Below, piece after piece: positions 36,691 to 47,248 of a stretch of 64,000 nucleotides of DNA. A program made the translations under genes and the position numbers. Under the pieces are notes generated by a model. That model did no database searches and was not told the DNA's origin. It saw only the letters and a list, made by a program, of their open reading frames with translations. Numbering within the stretch: position 1 is the first letter of the stretch; the number at the start of each line of letters is the position of its first letter. This DNA is from Abditibacterium sp. (GTDB lineage: Bacteria; Armatimonadota; Abditibacteriia; Abditibacteriales; Abditibacteriaceae), in NCBI GenBank assembly GCA_965246885.1, contig OZ251992.1, positions 512,001 through 576,000 on the forward strand. The letters run 5' to 3'.

Positions 36691-38652
36691 ATGATTCGAC
36701 CTCTGCTTCCTCTTGTATGCGGTATGGCCTGTGCGCTCACGCTTTTCACCCCTGCTCATGCGCAGGATAAAACCCGTCCGTTCTTGCACCCGCTTTTCTC
36801 TGACGGCGCCGTCTTGCAGCGCGACCGCAAAGTCCCTGTGTGGGGCTACGCCAAACCCGGTGAGCCGGTCATCGTCGTTCTCGATGGCGGCAAAAAGAAC
36901 GTCGCGCGCGCCGACCTCGCCGGGCGCTGGACGACATCCATCGGGCCGGTCAAAGCGGGCGTGGGGCATACGCTCGACGTGTTGGGAACCGACCCCGCCG
37001 AACACGAAACGCGCCGCGACATCGCGTTTGGCGACGTGTGGCTCTGCTCCGGGCAATCGAACATGGAAATGTCGTTCGATTGGGGCATCAAAGACGTGGA
37101 CGCCGAGCGCAAAGCGGCCAACTACCCCAATATCCGCTTCCTCAAAATCCCCAAAGCCACCGCATCGCGCCCTCAATCCACCTTTGACGCGCGGTGGCAA
37201 AGCGTCTCGTCGGCTAATGTCGGCCAGTTTTCCGCCGCCGGGTATTTTTTCGGACGCGAACTGCACCAGAAGTTGGGTGTCCCCATCGGCCTCATTGATT
37301 CGACATGGGGCGGCACCCCCGGCCAAGCGTGGGCAAGCGGCGAGGCAATGGAAACCATGCCCGACTTCCGCGACGCCGTCCGCTCCCTGCGCTCCGCCAC
37401 CGATGGCGTGCCCTACGCCGACCAACTCAAAGCGTGGAACGAAAAGTATGATCCGGCCTTTAAAAACGGCTGGGTCAAGCCCGACTTTGACGACTCCGCT
37501 TGGAAAACCACGACCGTGCCGGGCAACTTTACCACCGATGCCAAAGGCGACATCAGCACCTTTTTAGGCTCCGTTTGGTGTCGCAAGGAAGTGGACGTGC
37601 CCGCGAACATGGCCGGTCAAGCCGCCACCCTTTCACTTGGCACCATAGACGACAACGACGATACCTTCTGGAACGGCGAACTCATCGGCTCAACCATCGG
37701 TTATGGCAAACCGCGCTCTTACGCCCTGAGCGCCGACAAAATGCACGCGGGAAAGAACATCCTCACCGTGCGCGTGCTTAACACCGGCGGGCCGGGCGGC
37801 ATCGTTGGCAAGCCCGAAGAAGCGGTCATCAAGGGCGCTGGAAGCACGGTTTCCTTGGCCGGAGAGTGGCGCTTGTCGCGCTCCCTTGCTTTTGCGGACG
37901 TGGCCCAAACCCCGCCGCCCGTTGACATGGCAAACAACCCCGGCGTCCCCAGCGTGTTGTTCAACGGCATGATCGCGCCCCTCACCCCCTATGCCCTCAA
38001 GGGCGCCATTTGGTATCAGGGCGAATCGAACGCCGGCGCGCCCGACCAATACAAAATCCTGCTGCCCAAGCTCATTTCCGACTGGCGCGGACGCTTTGGC
38101 TCAGGCGACTTTCCCTTTTACATCGTGCAGTTGGCGAGCTTTATGGCGCCCGACGAACAGCCCCCGACGGGCACCGGATGGACTGGGTTGCGCGAAGCGC
38201 AAGAGTTCGCCTCGCGCGCCGTTCCTAATTCGGCCTACTCCGTCACCACCGACATCGGCGACGAAAAGGACATCCACCCCAAAGACAAGCAGGATGTCGG
38301 CAAGCGTCTGGCACTGCTCGCCCTCGCGCACACCTACGGACAGAAAATCGAGTCGAGCGGCCCGACCGTTCACGCCATGACCGTCGAAGGCGACGCCATC
38401 CGCTTGCGATTTGACCACGCTGAGGGCGGCGTTAAGTTGGCGGGCGAGTCGGATAAAGTCTTCGCCATCGCGGGCGCCGACCAGAAATGGGTGTGGGCCA
38501 CGCCAACCGTAGACGGCAACTCGCTTGTTCTACGCGCTCCGGGCGTGTCCAAACCCGTTGCCGCGCGCTTCGGGTGGAGCAACTTCCCGCGCGGCAACGT
38601 TTATAACGGCGCGGGCCTGCCGATGGCGCCCTACCGCTCCGACAAGTGGTAG
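36691..38652 (+). CDS. Sialate O-acetylesterase-family (SGNH) carbohydrate esterase
   Basis: GDVWLCSGQSNME, WGGT, WYQGESN, DIHP; signal peptide. Confidence 0.9.
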   Translation: MIRPLLPLVCGMACALTLFTPAHAQDKTRPFLHPLFSDGAVLQRDRKVPVWGYAKPGEPVIVVLDGGKKNVARADLAGRWTTSIGPVKAGVGHTLDVLGTDPAEHETRRDIAFGDVWLCSGQSNMEMSFDWGIKDVDAERKAANYPNIRFLKIPKATASRPQSTFDARWQSVSSANVGQFSAAGYFFGRELHQKLGVPIGLIDSTWGGTPGQAWASGEAMETMPDFRDAVRSLRSATDGVPYADQLKAWNEKYDPAFKNGWVKPDFDDSAWKTTTVPGNFTTDAKGDISTFLGSVWCRKEVDVPANMAGQAATLSLGTIDDNDDTFWNGELIGSTIGYGKPRSYALSADKMHAGKNILTVRVLNTGGPGGIVGKPEEAVIKGAGSTVSLAGEWRLSRSLAFADVAQTPPPVDMANNPGVPSVLFNGMIAPLTPYALKGAIWYQGESNAGAPDQYKILLPKLISDWRGRFGSGDFPFYIVQLASFMAPDEQPPTGTGWTGLREAQEFASRAVPNSAYSVTTDIGDEKDIHPKDKQDVGKRLALLALAHTYGQKIESSGPTVHAMTVEGDAIRLRFDHAEGGVKLAGESDKVFAIAGADQKWVWATPTVDGNSLVLRAPGVSKPVAARFGWSNFPRGNVYNGAGLPMAPYRSDKW

Positions 38653-38669
38653 AAAAATGGGGGCACCGG

Positions 38670-38698
38670 GGCGTAAACTGGCGGTGCCAGTTTACGCC
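38670..38698. terminator. Hairpin between convergent genes
   Basis: GGCGTAAACTGGC-ggt-GCCAGTTTACGCC. Confidence 0.7.
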
Positions 38699-38718
38699 TC
38701 CGCGTTCGCCGTCCCCGC

Positions 38719-39486
38719 TTAGTCAATCAGTGTTTCCGCGCCGTCCACGAAGATTTCGGTGCCGGAAATGTGCTGCGAAGCGACGGAGGCCAGAAACAGG
38801 GCGAGTTGGGCGACATGGTTCGCTTTGCCGTCGTTGAGGGGCGTGCGGCCTTGAGGATACTCGACGGGCAAACCGACCGTTTCCGTGTCGCGCTGCTCGG
38901 TAGATTGGGCGATGTGCGTGGCGATAGCGCCGGGGCAGATGGCGTTGATGCGCACTCCATGCTTGGCAAACTCGACGGCGAGCGATTTCACGAGCACAAC
39001 CTGCCCCGCTTTGGTGCAGGAATACGCGATGCGCTCGCCCTTAAACACGCGCGTGCCGTTGACGCTCGCCGTCACGAGCATCGAGCCGCCGCGCCCCTTG
39101 AGGTGCGGGAAAGTATATTTGAGCGTCAGGAAGGTGCCGCGCAAGTTAATGCTTTGCGTTTTGTCCCACTCCTCCGGCTCCAACTCTTCGATGGGCGCCC
39201 ACACGCCGTTGATGCCCGCGTTGGCAAACACCACGTCCAATTGCCCGAACTCCTCAACCGCGCGGGCAACCGCTTCTTGCACCGCATCCGCTTTGGAAAC
39301 ATCCGTTTGCAGCGCGAGCGCTTGGCCACCAATCTCTTCAATCTGCGCGACCGTGCGCTCCAACTCTTCGGCGGACGCATCCACCGCCGCAATGGAAGCG
39401 CCCTCGTGGGCGAAGAGGAGCGCCGTCGCCTTGCCAATTCCCGACCCGGCGCCGGTGATAAACGCCACTTTATTAGCCAGTAACAT
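38719..39486 (-). CDS. SDR-family oxidoreductase
   Basis: TGAGSGIG, NAG, YSCTK. Confidence 0.92.
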   Translation of the reverse strand: MLLANKVAFITGAGSGIGKATALLFAHEGASIAAVDASAEELERTVAQIEEIGGQALALQTDVSKADAVQEAVARAVEEFGQLDVVFANAGINGVWAPIEELEPEEWDKTQSINLRGTFLTLKYTFPHLKGRGGSMLVTASVNGTRVFKGERIAYSCTKAGQVVLVKSLAVEFAKHGVRINAICPGAIATHIAQSTEQRDTETVGLPVEYPQGRTPLNDGKANHVAQLALFLASVASQHISGTEIFVDGAETLID

Positions 39487-39528
39487 ATCGCCGCACGGCG
39501 AAAGCGAATCCGGTGCCAGCGAGCCGCT

Positions 39529-41556
39529 TTAAGTCGCGGATACCGCCGCCTTTTTCCCGGCCCGCGCTTGCCCATTGGCGCCGTTTTTGGCGGCGCCTGC
39601 CTTGGCTTTGGGCGCTGCCACTTTCTCCAACTGCGCGCGGAGGGTGCGCTCGATTCCGGCGCTGTCGAGGCCCAGTTCGTCGCGCTGGATTTTGGGGCTG
39701 GCGTGGTGGATGAACTCGTCGGGGATACCGACGAGTTCGAGGGGAACGAGGATTTCTTCGCGGGCGAGCAGTTCCAAGACCGCGCCCCCGAAGCCGCCTT
39801 GCCGCGCGTTTTCTTCGACGGTGACGATGCGCCCGGAGCGGCGCGCGACGCCACTGATTAGTCCTTCATCCAAGGGCTTGACGAAGCGGGCGTTAACGAG
39901 GGCGACCTTTTGCCCTTCGGCGCGCAACTTCTCGACGGCGGGAAGCGCCATTTGGACGGAGTAGCCGATAGCGAAAACGGCGACATCGAACTCTTCGGTT
40001 TCATCGCCGCGCAAGAGTTCGCCGACGCCGATGGGCATCGGCTCAATGGGGCCGCTCAGGTCAAGGCCCACGCCGTTGCCGCGCGGGTAGCGGATGGCGC
40101 TGGGGCCGGAGTGTTCGACACTCGTGCGGAGCATGGAGCGCAGTTCGCCCTCGTCGGCGGGCGCCATGACGACCATGTTGGGGATAGAGCGGAGGTAGCT
40201 TAAGTCCATGACGCCCTGATGCGTCGCGCCGTCTTCGCCGACCAAACCGCCTCTATCCAACGCGAAAGTGACGGGTAATCCTTCGGGGCGGTGCTGGCAC
40301 ACGTCGTGAATGATCTGGTCGTAGCCGCGCTGCAAAAAGGTGGAGTAGATGGCGACGACCGGATGCAAGCCGCGCAGCGCGAGGCCGGACGCGAAGGTGA
40401 CGGCGTGTTCCTCGGTCATGCCGACATCGAAGCCGCGCGTCGGAAAGGCCTCGATGAACTTATCAATGCCCGTCCCGCCTGGCATGGCGGCGGTGATGGC
40501 GACGATTTTTTCGTTGTCGCGCGCCAACTCTATCAAGGCGTCGGAAAAGACCTTGGTGTAGGAGGGGGCCGCTTTGGGCTTAACCAAAGTCGCGGAGTCT
40601 TCTTGGAGGGCGTCCTTTTTGGATTCGCCAAAGCCTTCTTTCTCCAATTCGGCGGGGGTGGCGGCGTGCCACTTGATTTGGCCGTCGGGCTTTTCGGCTT
40701 TCTCGAAGCCTTTGCCCTTAACAGTCACGGCGTGGATGAGGACGGGGCCGTTGATGCCCTTGGCGGTCTTGAAGGCTTCGATGAGGTCGGAGTAGTTGTG
40801 GCCGTTGATGGGGCCGATGTAGTGGTAGCCTAACTCCTCGAACCACAATCCCGGCACGACCATTGATTTTACGCCCGCGCGTAGCTTCTGGCCGACTTCA
40901 ACGACGATTTCGCCGCCGGGAAGCTTGCGGAAGATTTCTTCGAGGCTTTGGCGCGTGTTCTTATAAACCGGGTCGGTGCGAACGCGGCGAAAGTAGGTGG
41001 CCAAGGCGGACGAGTTGTGCGAGATGCCCATCTCGTTGTCGTTGAGCACGACAATCATCTTGCGCTTTTGGTGTCCGACTTGGTGCAAGCCTTCGAGGGC
41101 CAACCCCCCGACAAGCGAGCCGTCGCCAATCACGGCGATGACGTTCTCGTGGTCGCCGAGCAAGTCGCGCGCGACGGCGTAGCCCAAGGCCTGCGAGATG
41201 GAAGTCGAGCCGTGACCGGGGTTGGTGGTGTCGTGCGGGGATTCCTCAATGCGCGGAAAGGGCGCGATGCCGTTCTTTTGGCGCAGAGTGTGGAAGCGGT
41301 CGCGGCGCCCGGTCAGGATCTTGTGCGCGTAGGCTTGGTAGCCGACATCCCACACGAACTTATCGCGCGGCGAGTCGAAGACGTAGTGCAGCGCGACGCA
41401 CAAGTCAACGGCGCCCAATGGCCCGCCAAAATGTCCGCCGGTGTGGGCGATGGTGTCAATGATGAACTGGCGAACTTCCGCCGCGACTTCTGGTAATTGG
41501 GACGGCGACAGGTGTTGCAAGTCGCTCGGTGAGTTGATGTGCGGCAGGTATTTCAT
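39529..41556 (-). CDS. dxs: 1-deoxy-D-xylulose-5-phosphate synthase
   Basis: GGHFG, IGDG...LNDNEM, GPINGH, AIYSTFLQR, DRGGLVGEDGATHQG. Confidence 0.96.
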   Translation of the reverse strand: MKYLPHINSPSDLQHLSPSQLPEVAAEVRQFIIDTIAHTGGHFGGPLGAVDLCVALHYVFDSPRDKFVWDVGYQAYAHKILTGRRDRFHTLRQKNGIAPFPRIEESPHDTTNPGHGSTSISQALGYAVARDLLGDHENVIAVIGDGSLVGGLALEGLHQVGHQKRKMIVVLNDNEMGISHNSSALATYFRRVRTDPVYKNTRQSLEEIFRKLPGGEIVVEVGQKLRAGVKSMVVPGLWFEELGYHYIGPINGHNYSDLIEAFKTAKGINGPVLIHAVTVKGKGFEKAEKPDGQIKWHAATPAELEKEGFGESKKDALQEDSATLVKPKAAPSYTKVFSDALIELARDNEKIVAITAAMPGGTGIDKFIEAFPTRGFDVGMTEEHAVTFASGLALRGLHPVVAIYSTFLQRGYDQIIHDVCQHRPEGLPVTFALDRGGLVGEDGATHQGVMDLSYLRSIPNMVVMAPADEGELRSMLRTSVEHSGPSAIRYPRGNGVGLDLSGPIEPMPIGVGELLRGDETEEFDVAVFAIGYSVQMALPAVEKLRAEGQKVALVNARFVKPLDEGLISGVARRSGRIVTVEENARQGGFGGAVLELLAREEILVPLELVGIPDEFIHHASPKIQRDELGLDSAGIERTLRAQLEKVAAPKAKAGAAKNGANGQARAGKKAAVSAT

Positions 41557-41562
41557 AGCGAG

Positions 41563-41639
41563 TGGGATTTGGGGTTGGGGGTTAGGGTTGAAAGCATTGT
41601 CGCCCTCAACCTCAAAGCCTACATCCTGAACCCCGAACC
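41563..41639. repeat. Degenerate heptamer repeats in opposing orientation
   Basis: GGGRTTD-like units facing CCYNAAC-like units between ispA and dxs. Confidence 0.45.
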
Positions 41640-42590
41640 TCATTTGTGTCTTTCAACGACGAACTTGGCAAGTTGACGTAGGCCATCGGCTTCGGTTTGG
41701 AAGATTTGCAGCGAAGTGTGAGCGGCAACGCTTTCGGCAAGCGCTAATTTCTTGGCTGCTTCCATGCCGACGACGACGGGATATGTTAGTTTCAGGTTGT
41801 CGGCGTCGCTGGAGGCTTTGCCCATGACGCTGGGGTCGCCCTCGACATCCAGCACGTCGTCCCAGATTTGGAAGGCCCTGCCCAGATGCTCGCCGTAGGT
41901 GCGTAGCGCCTCGACTTGCTCCTCGTCGCCGCCGCCCAAGATGGCGCCACACTGCGCCGCAACGCGCAGCAAGGCGCCAGTCTTCATCGCTTGCAGTTCG
42001 CGCAGTTGCGCTTCGGAGATGCTGTCGCGCCCGTGCTCGCCGTGTATCCAGTCAACGTCGAGCGCTTGCCCGCCCGCCATGCCGTGCAATCCGGCGGCCT
42101 CGGCGATGAGCCGCACGACGCGCAAGTGGCGGAGCGGCTCTTGCGCGCTGACCCAGAAATCGTCGTCGGGGATGCGTGCGGCCACGTCGAAAGCCAGAGT
42201 TTGCAAGGCGTCGCCCGCCAGAATCGCCATCGCTTCGCCCCACTGCTTGTGCGTGGCGGGTTGCCCGCGCCGCGTGTCGGCGTTGTCCATCGAGGGCAGG
42301 TCGTCGTGTACGAGGGAGTAGGCGTGGAGGAGTTCGAGCGCGCACGCGGCGGGAAGCGCCAGTTCGAGGTCGAACAAACTCTCCTTCCCCTCGCGCGCGA
42401 AGTGGATGCACGCGGCGGCTTCGAGGAGCAAGAGGGGTCGCGTCCTTTTGCCGTCCGAAAACAGGGCGTAGCGCATGGCGCATGCGAGCCGTTCGGCGCC
42501 GCGCTCGCACCCGACGGCGGGCGCGGGCAACACCGTTTGCAGGAAGTTGTCGATGGTGTCGGGGCTAAAACGCCAGTTGAGTTCGGTCAT
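41640..42590 (-). CDS. ispA: Geranyltranstransferase / polyprenyl synthetase
   Basis: GKR.RP, SLVHDDLP.MDN...RRG, GGQALD, KTG, AFQIWDD.LD. Confidence 0.92.
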   Translation of the reverse strand: MTELNWRFSPDTIDNFLQTVLPAPAVGCERGAERLACAMRYALFSDGKRTRPLLLLEAAACIHFAREGKESLFDLELALPAACALELLHAYSLVHDDLPSMDNADTRRGQPATHKQWGEAMAILAGDALQTLAFDVAARIPDDDFWVSAQEPLRHLRVVRLIAEAAGLHGMAGGQALDVDWIHGEHGRDSISEAQLRELQAMKTGALLRVAAQCGAILGGGDEEQVEALRTYGEHLGRAFQIWDDVLDVEGDPSVMGKASSDADNLKLTYPVVVGMEAAKKLALAESVAAHTSLQIFQTEADGLRQLAKFVVERHK

Positions 42591-42660
42591 AATTCGGCAT
42601 TGCGAGCTACAATTGCAGTAAAGCAAGCGCACGGGTGGTCGTGGCGAGCCTTACCTTACC

Positions 42661-42918
42661 CTACGCACCGTCGCCCTCCTCCAACTCCAACTCCCCTTCC
42701 TCCGTTAGCACCAAGGTTTGCAGCGTGAGTTGCGCTTCGCGCAGCACTTGCTCGCAGCGCGCCCGGAGTTCTTCGCCGCGCTTCCATAGCGCAAGCGAGG
42801 CTTCGAGCGGCACGCCGCCCGCTTCCAGTTGCGCCACGACTTCTTCGTATTGGCGCAGCGCTTCCTCGAAAGGGAGGGCGTCGGTTTCAACTGGGGTGAT
42901 AGATGGTTTGGACGGCAA
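42661..42918 (-). CDS. xseB: Exonuclease VII small subunit
   Basis: FEEAL...E.VV.QLE.G.VPLE.SL....RG; lies between xseA and ispA; start uncertain. Confidence 0.88.
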   Translation of the reverse strand: MPSKPSITPVETDALPFEEALRQYEEVVAQLEAGGVPLEASLALWKRGEELRARCEQVLREAQLTLQTLVLTEEGELELEEGDGA

Positions 42919-44128
42919 CTTGAAACTCTCCTCCTTGCAGTGTTACGGTGAGCGCTTGGCCTTCGCGCACGTGTTCGAGCGCCGAAATGATGGCGCCCGA
43001 CCGGGCGTCGGACACAATCGCGTAGCCGCGCTCCAACACGCGCATCGGGTCGAGCGAGCGCAGAAGTGCGCCCAGCCCCGCCAATCGCTGCGTTTCTATT
43101 TTAACACGCGCTTTGCCCGCTTCCCCCGCGCGCTTTTCGAGGCCGCGCAAGCGCTCGCTTTCCAACTCCAACCGCTTGGCGGGCGACGCGAAGTGCAAGC
43201 GTTGGCCCAGCAGTTCGACGCGCCCGCTCGCCGCGCCCACTTGCCCGCTCACCCCTTGCGCCGCGCGGAGTTGCAACCCGCCCAAAAAGCCCATCAGTTC
43301 GCGCACATCGGGCGCGACCATTTCCGCCGCCGCCGAGGGCGTGGGCGCGCGCCGGTCGGCCACGAAGTCGAGGATGGAAAAATCCGTTTCGTGCCCGATG
43401 GCCGAAATGAGAGGAAGTGAGAACTCCGCTGCCGTGCGCGCCAACTCCTCGTCGTTGAACGCCCACAAGTCCTCCGCGCTCCCCCCGCCGCGCGCCATAA
43501 TTACCACGTCCAAGTCGCCCCACGCTTCGGCAAAGTGGAGCGCGCGCACTAAGTCGAGCGGCGCCGAAAAGCCTTGAACTGCCGAAGGAATGAGCACCAC
43601 TTTGGCGAGCGGGTAGCGCCGCGCGAGCACGTTGAGGATGTCCCGAATCACCGCGCCCGTTGGCGAGGTGATTACGCCGATAGTGCGCGGCATGAGCGGG
43701 AGCGGCTTCTTGCGCGCGGGGTCGAACAGCCCCTCCTCTTCGAGTTGCGTCTTGAGCCGCAGGAACGCCTCGAACTGCGCGCCCTGTCCGGCGAAATGCA
43801 ACTCGCGCACTATGAGGCTGGCGCGGCCTTGCGGCGCCCAGAAGTCCACGCTCCCGAACGCCATCACGCGGTCACCGTTTTGGGGCCGGAACGCCAACCC
43901 CGCGACGGACGAGCGCCACATCTTCGCTTCGATTTGCGCCGCCTCGTCCTTGAGCGAGAAGTAGAGATGCCCCGACGAGTGCGCCTTGAAGTTGGACACT
44001 TCGCCCGTCACGGCGACATCCGAGAGAATCGGGTCGCACTCCAAGACGCGCTTGATTTGCAAGTTCAAGTCGGACACGGAAAAGACGGCTTCCGTGTCGG
44101 GGGCGAAGGGGTCGAGTTCGTCAAACAC
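42887..44128 (-). CDS. xseA: Exonuclease VII large subunit
   Basis: GEVSNF...SGHLYFSLKD, ARGGGSAEDLW.FN, GHETD, APTPSAAAE; GTG start at 44128 inferred. Confidence 0.95.
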   Translation of the reverse strand: MFDELDPFAPDTEAVFSVSDLNLQIKRVLECDPILSDVAVTGEVSNFKAHSSGHLYFSLKDEAAQIEAKMWRSSVAGLAFRPQNGDRVMAFGSVDFWAPQGRASLIVRELHFAGQGAQFEAFLRLKTQLEEEGLFDPARKKPLPLMPRTIGVITSPTGAVIRDILNVLARRYPLAKVVLIPSAVQGFSAPLDLVRALHFAEAWGDLDVVIMARGGGSAEDLWAFNDEELARTAAEFSLPLISAIGHETDFSILDFVADRRAPTPSAAAEMVAPDVRELMGFLGGLQLRAAQGVSGQVGAASGRVELLGQRLHFASPAKRLELESERLRGLEKRAGEAGKARVKIETQRLAGLGALLRSLDPMRVLERGYAIVSDARSGAIISALEHVREGQALTVTLQGGEFQVAVQTIYHPS

Positions 44129-44206
44129 GCTTGTATAGATGAACGGGGCGGGCAAAGGTCGCTTGTTGTTGCGGGCGTTCCCCGCGCCCGCAACAACCAT
44201 GCGCGC

Positions 44207-45076
44207 TTAGCTGGCCGACAGGAACCCCGCGCTCGCCAGCAAACCGGCTTTTTCGCCCGCTTCGCTCCCGTTGTAGTTGCCGTCTTCGAGTTCAATCGAA
44301 ACCGCGCCGTTGTAGCCGTGTTTTTCGAGGATGCGGAAGACCTCGCTCCAGTTGGTGCCGCCGTGACCGGGGATGGTGTAGCGCCACGAAGTCGCGCCGA
44401 AATCGGGGCTGACTTTGAAGGTGGCGGGTTGCTCGTGGCCGTATTCATACAGGTCGTCGCCCAGAACTTCGCAGTCTTTGCCGTGCACGTGCCCGACGCG
44501 GGCGCCGAACTCCTTTAAGAAGCGGATGGGGTCAATGCCCATGCGCAAGAGGTGCGACGGGTCGTAGTTGATGCCGATGGCTTTGGAAGGCACGGCCTCG
44601 AACAGGGCGCGGTAAGTTTCGGGCGTGCAGCACAGCGCGCCCTCACCGGGGTAGCCTTCGATGACGAGCCTGCCGCCCGCTTCTTCCAAGACCGGCGCGA
44701 GCACTTGGAGGGAGGCGACCAAGTCTTTGAAGTTGTCGGCGCGCGACCGGGCCGGGTCAGTGGGGAGGACGCAGTAAAAGAAGTTTGTCGCGCCGCCTTG
44801 GCACGCCTCGCGGATGTAGGCGGCGTTGGCTTCGACGGCGGCGGCGCGCTTGACATCGTCGGCGTTCATCAGGTCGCCCCACTCCAACAGGTCGAAGGAG
44901 CCGACATGGAACCCGCCCGCGCGCGCGGTTTTGAGGTCGTGGAGGTCGCGGCCCAAATCCACGACGGAAAAGCCGTTGTCATTGGCCCACGCCAAAAAGC
45001 CGGGCAGGTCATTCTGCCAATCCGTCCAGCCGCGCCGGATGCCGATGGGGAAGTTCCCCGTTCGCGTTGAAAACAT
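44207..45076 (-). CDS. Sugar phosphate isomerase/epimerase (xylose-isomerase-like TIM barrel)
   Basis: INYDPSH, HVHGKD, YTIPG.G, SIELE. Confidence 0.85.
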   Translation of the reverse strand: MFSTRTGNFPIGIRRGWTDWQNDLPGFLAWANDNGFSVVDLGRDLHDLKTARAGGFHVGSFDLLEWGDLMNADDVKRAAAVEANAAYIREACQGGATNFFYCVLPTDPARSRADNFKDLVASLQVLAPVLEEAGGRLVIEGYPGEGALCCTPETYRALFEAVPSKAIGINYDPSHLLRMGIDPIRFLKEFGARVGHVHGKDCEVLGDDLYEYGHEQPATFKVSPDFGATSWRYTIPGHGGTNWSEVFRILEKHGYNGAVSIELEDGNYNGSEAGEKAGLLASAGFLSAS

Positions 45077-45114
45077 AACGGGGAGATTTTAACGCGCTCC
45101 TCTGCGGGCCGCAC

Positions 45115-47154
45115 TCAGAACCCCTTGCGCTCGAAGACGAACGTCTTCGAGCCGTCATCGCCGTCGAACTCGTGCGTTTGGAAAGCCGCATCTTCAATGG
45201 GCGCCTCGTTCGGACGAACGACGACAAAGGAGACGCCCAGTCGCTCTGTCGCCGCGCGCCGCGCTCCGGCATCAGGGCCGAAGATGGCGGCTAAATCGGA
45301 AGCGCGGGTGTCCACTTGGGCGCCCACCGAGTCGGTTTGCGCTTGTTTTGAATCGCGCCCCGACGCGCGCGCGGCCTCGGCAGCAACGCGCGTCGCCTCG
45401 TTTTGAAAGCCCCACGCGCGCACGTGGCCGGGCCAGCATAACACCGAAGGCAAGCCCGACTGCGTGGCGAGCGTGCCGCGCCCCGCGTCGTAATCGCCGC
45501 CTTTGTCGGGCGGTAATGCTTCCGCCACCACGCCGTTTTGCTCGCGTAGCCACTCGATGGCGCGGTGGTCGCTTTGTGGGAGCCACTTCGCGCCGTCGAG
45601 CGACAACCCTTCCTCGCCATAGCCCTGCGTCCGCGTCTTCCACACCGCATACGGCGCCAGCGACAGCACGCCAAAGAGAGTCAAAAAGAGGGCGCCGCCC
45701 AGCACCCAAACGCCCACCCACTCAGGCGTCGTGCGCGTCGGACGCGCGCCCAGAGTCGCGCGAAAACGCGCCAGAAACTCCGCCGATATCCCCGTTCCCC
45801 CAAGCAGCCACGCTTGCAAGTAAAACTTGAAGACGGTGTCCTGATGCTTCAAATCGCCGCCCGCGAACACGCCGCCCAGATAATAAATACTCGGAAGCAA
45901 GAGCGCTGCGAGACCGATGAGGAGCAGTAAACGCCGAAACTCGCTCTCGACCGAAGGTTTGGCCCGCAGCAACCCGAAAGCCGCCACGCCCAGCCCAACC
46001 CACACGCCCCAAAACAGCGCGAACGAGAAGGGGTTCGGCACCCACAACTCGAGGCCTCCGCCCCCGACTTGCGAGCGAAAGCGCGTCAGAAACGGCAGCA
46101 CGACGACCGCCGCCAACGCCAGACCCGCGAGGGGCGCCTGCCACTGCGCCTGCTTCTGGCGCGCGAAAGATACGCACAACAGCCACAAAACGCCGTAAAA
46201 GGGCGCATCCCATGTGTTCGTGAGCGCGATTACCCCCAACAGCGCGCCGCCAAGCACCAAGAGCGCGTCTTTTTGGCGCTTCGTTTCGGCGCGGAGGGTG
46301 CCAAAGCAGGTGATGAAGTGGGCCACCGCCAAAGAGAGGGCGTAGAAGTGGGCGTGCGCGTCGCCAATAAGCATGGTGAACGCCGGATATTCGTTAATCG
46401 TGTTGGGAATGACCCGCGAAGTTTTCCACCAGTCGAGCGCCCCGACGGGCGTTTTATCCACGAACAATTGCCGCAACGGTTCGAGGTGCCCGCCCAAACC
46501 TACGAGGGCCATCACCCCCACGCCCAAAGCGTTCGACTTCGCCAGCGCCGCGCCCAAACTCCACAAGGCCGACAAAAACAGCGCGCAGAAAAGCGGCTGC
46601 ACGAGGTTGTACGCAAGCGGCACCGGAGTCGTCAACAAGCGCGCCAAAACGCCGCCCATGAACGGGCCGAAGAAGTAATAGTTCGTGAATGGGACGCCCG
46701 CGAACCAAGGATTCTCGAACGGCAACCACTGGGCGCGCGCCGACTGCGCCAGCAGCGCCAAGTCCATCGGCTTTTCGAGGTCGTTGATGCTTGGATGCCG
46801 CATCCGCACCCACAGAAACGCCCCAAACGCGAGCAGAAAGACCACATCCGAGGTTATAAGCGCCCGTTTTCGCTCTCGAACCGCTCGTTTCGATTTGGCT
46901 TTGCGCCACTGCGCCGCGCACACGAGCGCGCCCAACGGCCCCAGCCATACTCCCACCGGAACGGGCAACAAATGCACCGACGCGAGCCAGAACGCCGCGA
47001 GTGCCCCGAACGCGATGGCCAACACCCGCCCCACCGCCAGCCCCTCGTCCGGCAAAAAAACCAACAGCCGCCGCGAAACTGGAAACACACCCCACCCCAG
47101 CGCCCACAACGGCACGATCCAGCGCAAAACAAGCGCGATGTCGGAAGAAGACAC
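45115..47154 (-). CDS. DUF2298-like multi-pass membrane protein
   Basis: EKPMD, NYYFFG, WW..SRVI..TINEYP, GD.HAH, NTWD, TVFKFY.QAW. Confidence 0.8.
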   Translation of the reverse strand: MSSSDIALVLRWIVPLWALGWGVFPVSRRLLVFLPDEGLAVGRVLAIAFGALAAFWLASVHLLPVPVGVWLGPLGALVCAAQWRKAKSKRAVRERKRALITSDVVFLLAFGAFLWVRMRHPSINDLEKPMDLALLAQSARAQWLPFENPWFAGVPFTNYYFFGPFMGGVLARLLTTPVPLAYNLVQPLFCALFLSALWSLGAALAKSNALGVGVMALVGLGGHLEPLRQLFVDKTPVGALDWWKTSRVIPNTINEYPAFTMLIGDAHAHFYALSLAVAHFITCFGTLRAETKRQKDALLVLGGALLGVIALTNTWDAPFYGVLWLLCVSFARQKQAQWQAPLAGLALAAVVVLPFLTRFRSQVGGGGLELWVPNPFSFALFWGVWVGLGVAAFGLLRAKPSVESEFRRLLLLIGLAALLLPSIYYLGGVFAGGDLKHQDTVFKFYLQAWLLGGTGISAEFLARFRATLGARPTRTTPEWVGVWVLGGALFLTLFGVLSLAPYAVWKTRTQGYGEEGLSLDGAKWLPQSDHRAIEWLREQNGVVAEALPPDKGGDYDAGRGTLATQSGLPSVLCWPGHVRAWGFQNEATRVAAEAARASGRDSKQAQTDSVGAQVDTRASDLAAIFGPDAGARRAATERLGVSFVVVRPNEAPIEDAAFQTHEFDGDDGSKTFVFERKGF

Positions 47155-47201
47155 AGCTTTCTATTTTGGCAGAGCGGGCGCTTCCGCATCCGGTTTCACG
47201 A

Positions 47202-47240
47202 GAAAAGCGACGCGGCTTTTTGCGAGCCGCGTCGCTTTTC
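47202..47240. terminator. Terminator-like hairpin
   Basis: GAAAAGCGACGCGGCT / AGCCGCGTCGCTTTTC, perfect 16-bp stem. Confidence 0.7.
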
Positions 47241-47248
47241 GTGCGGCT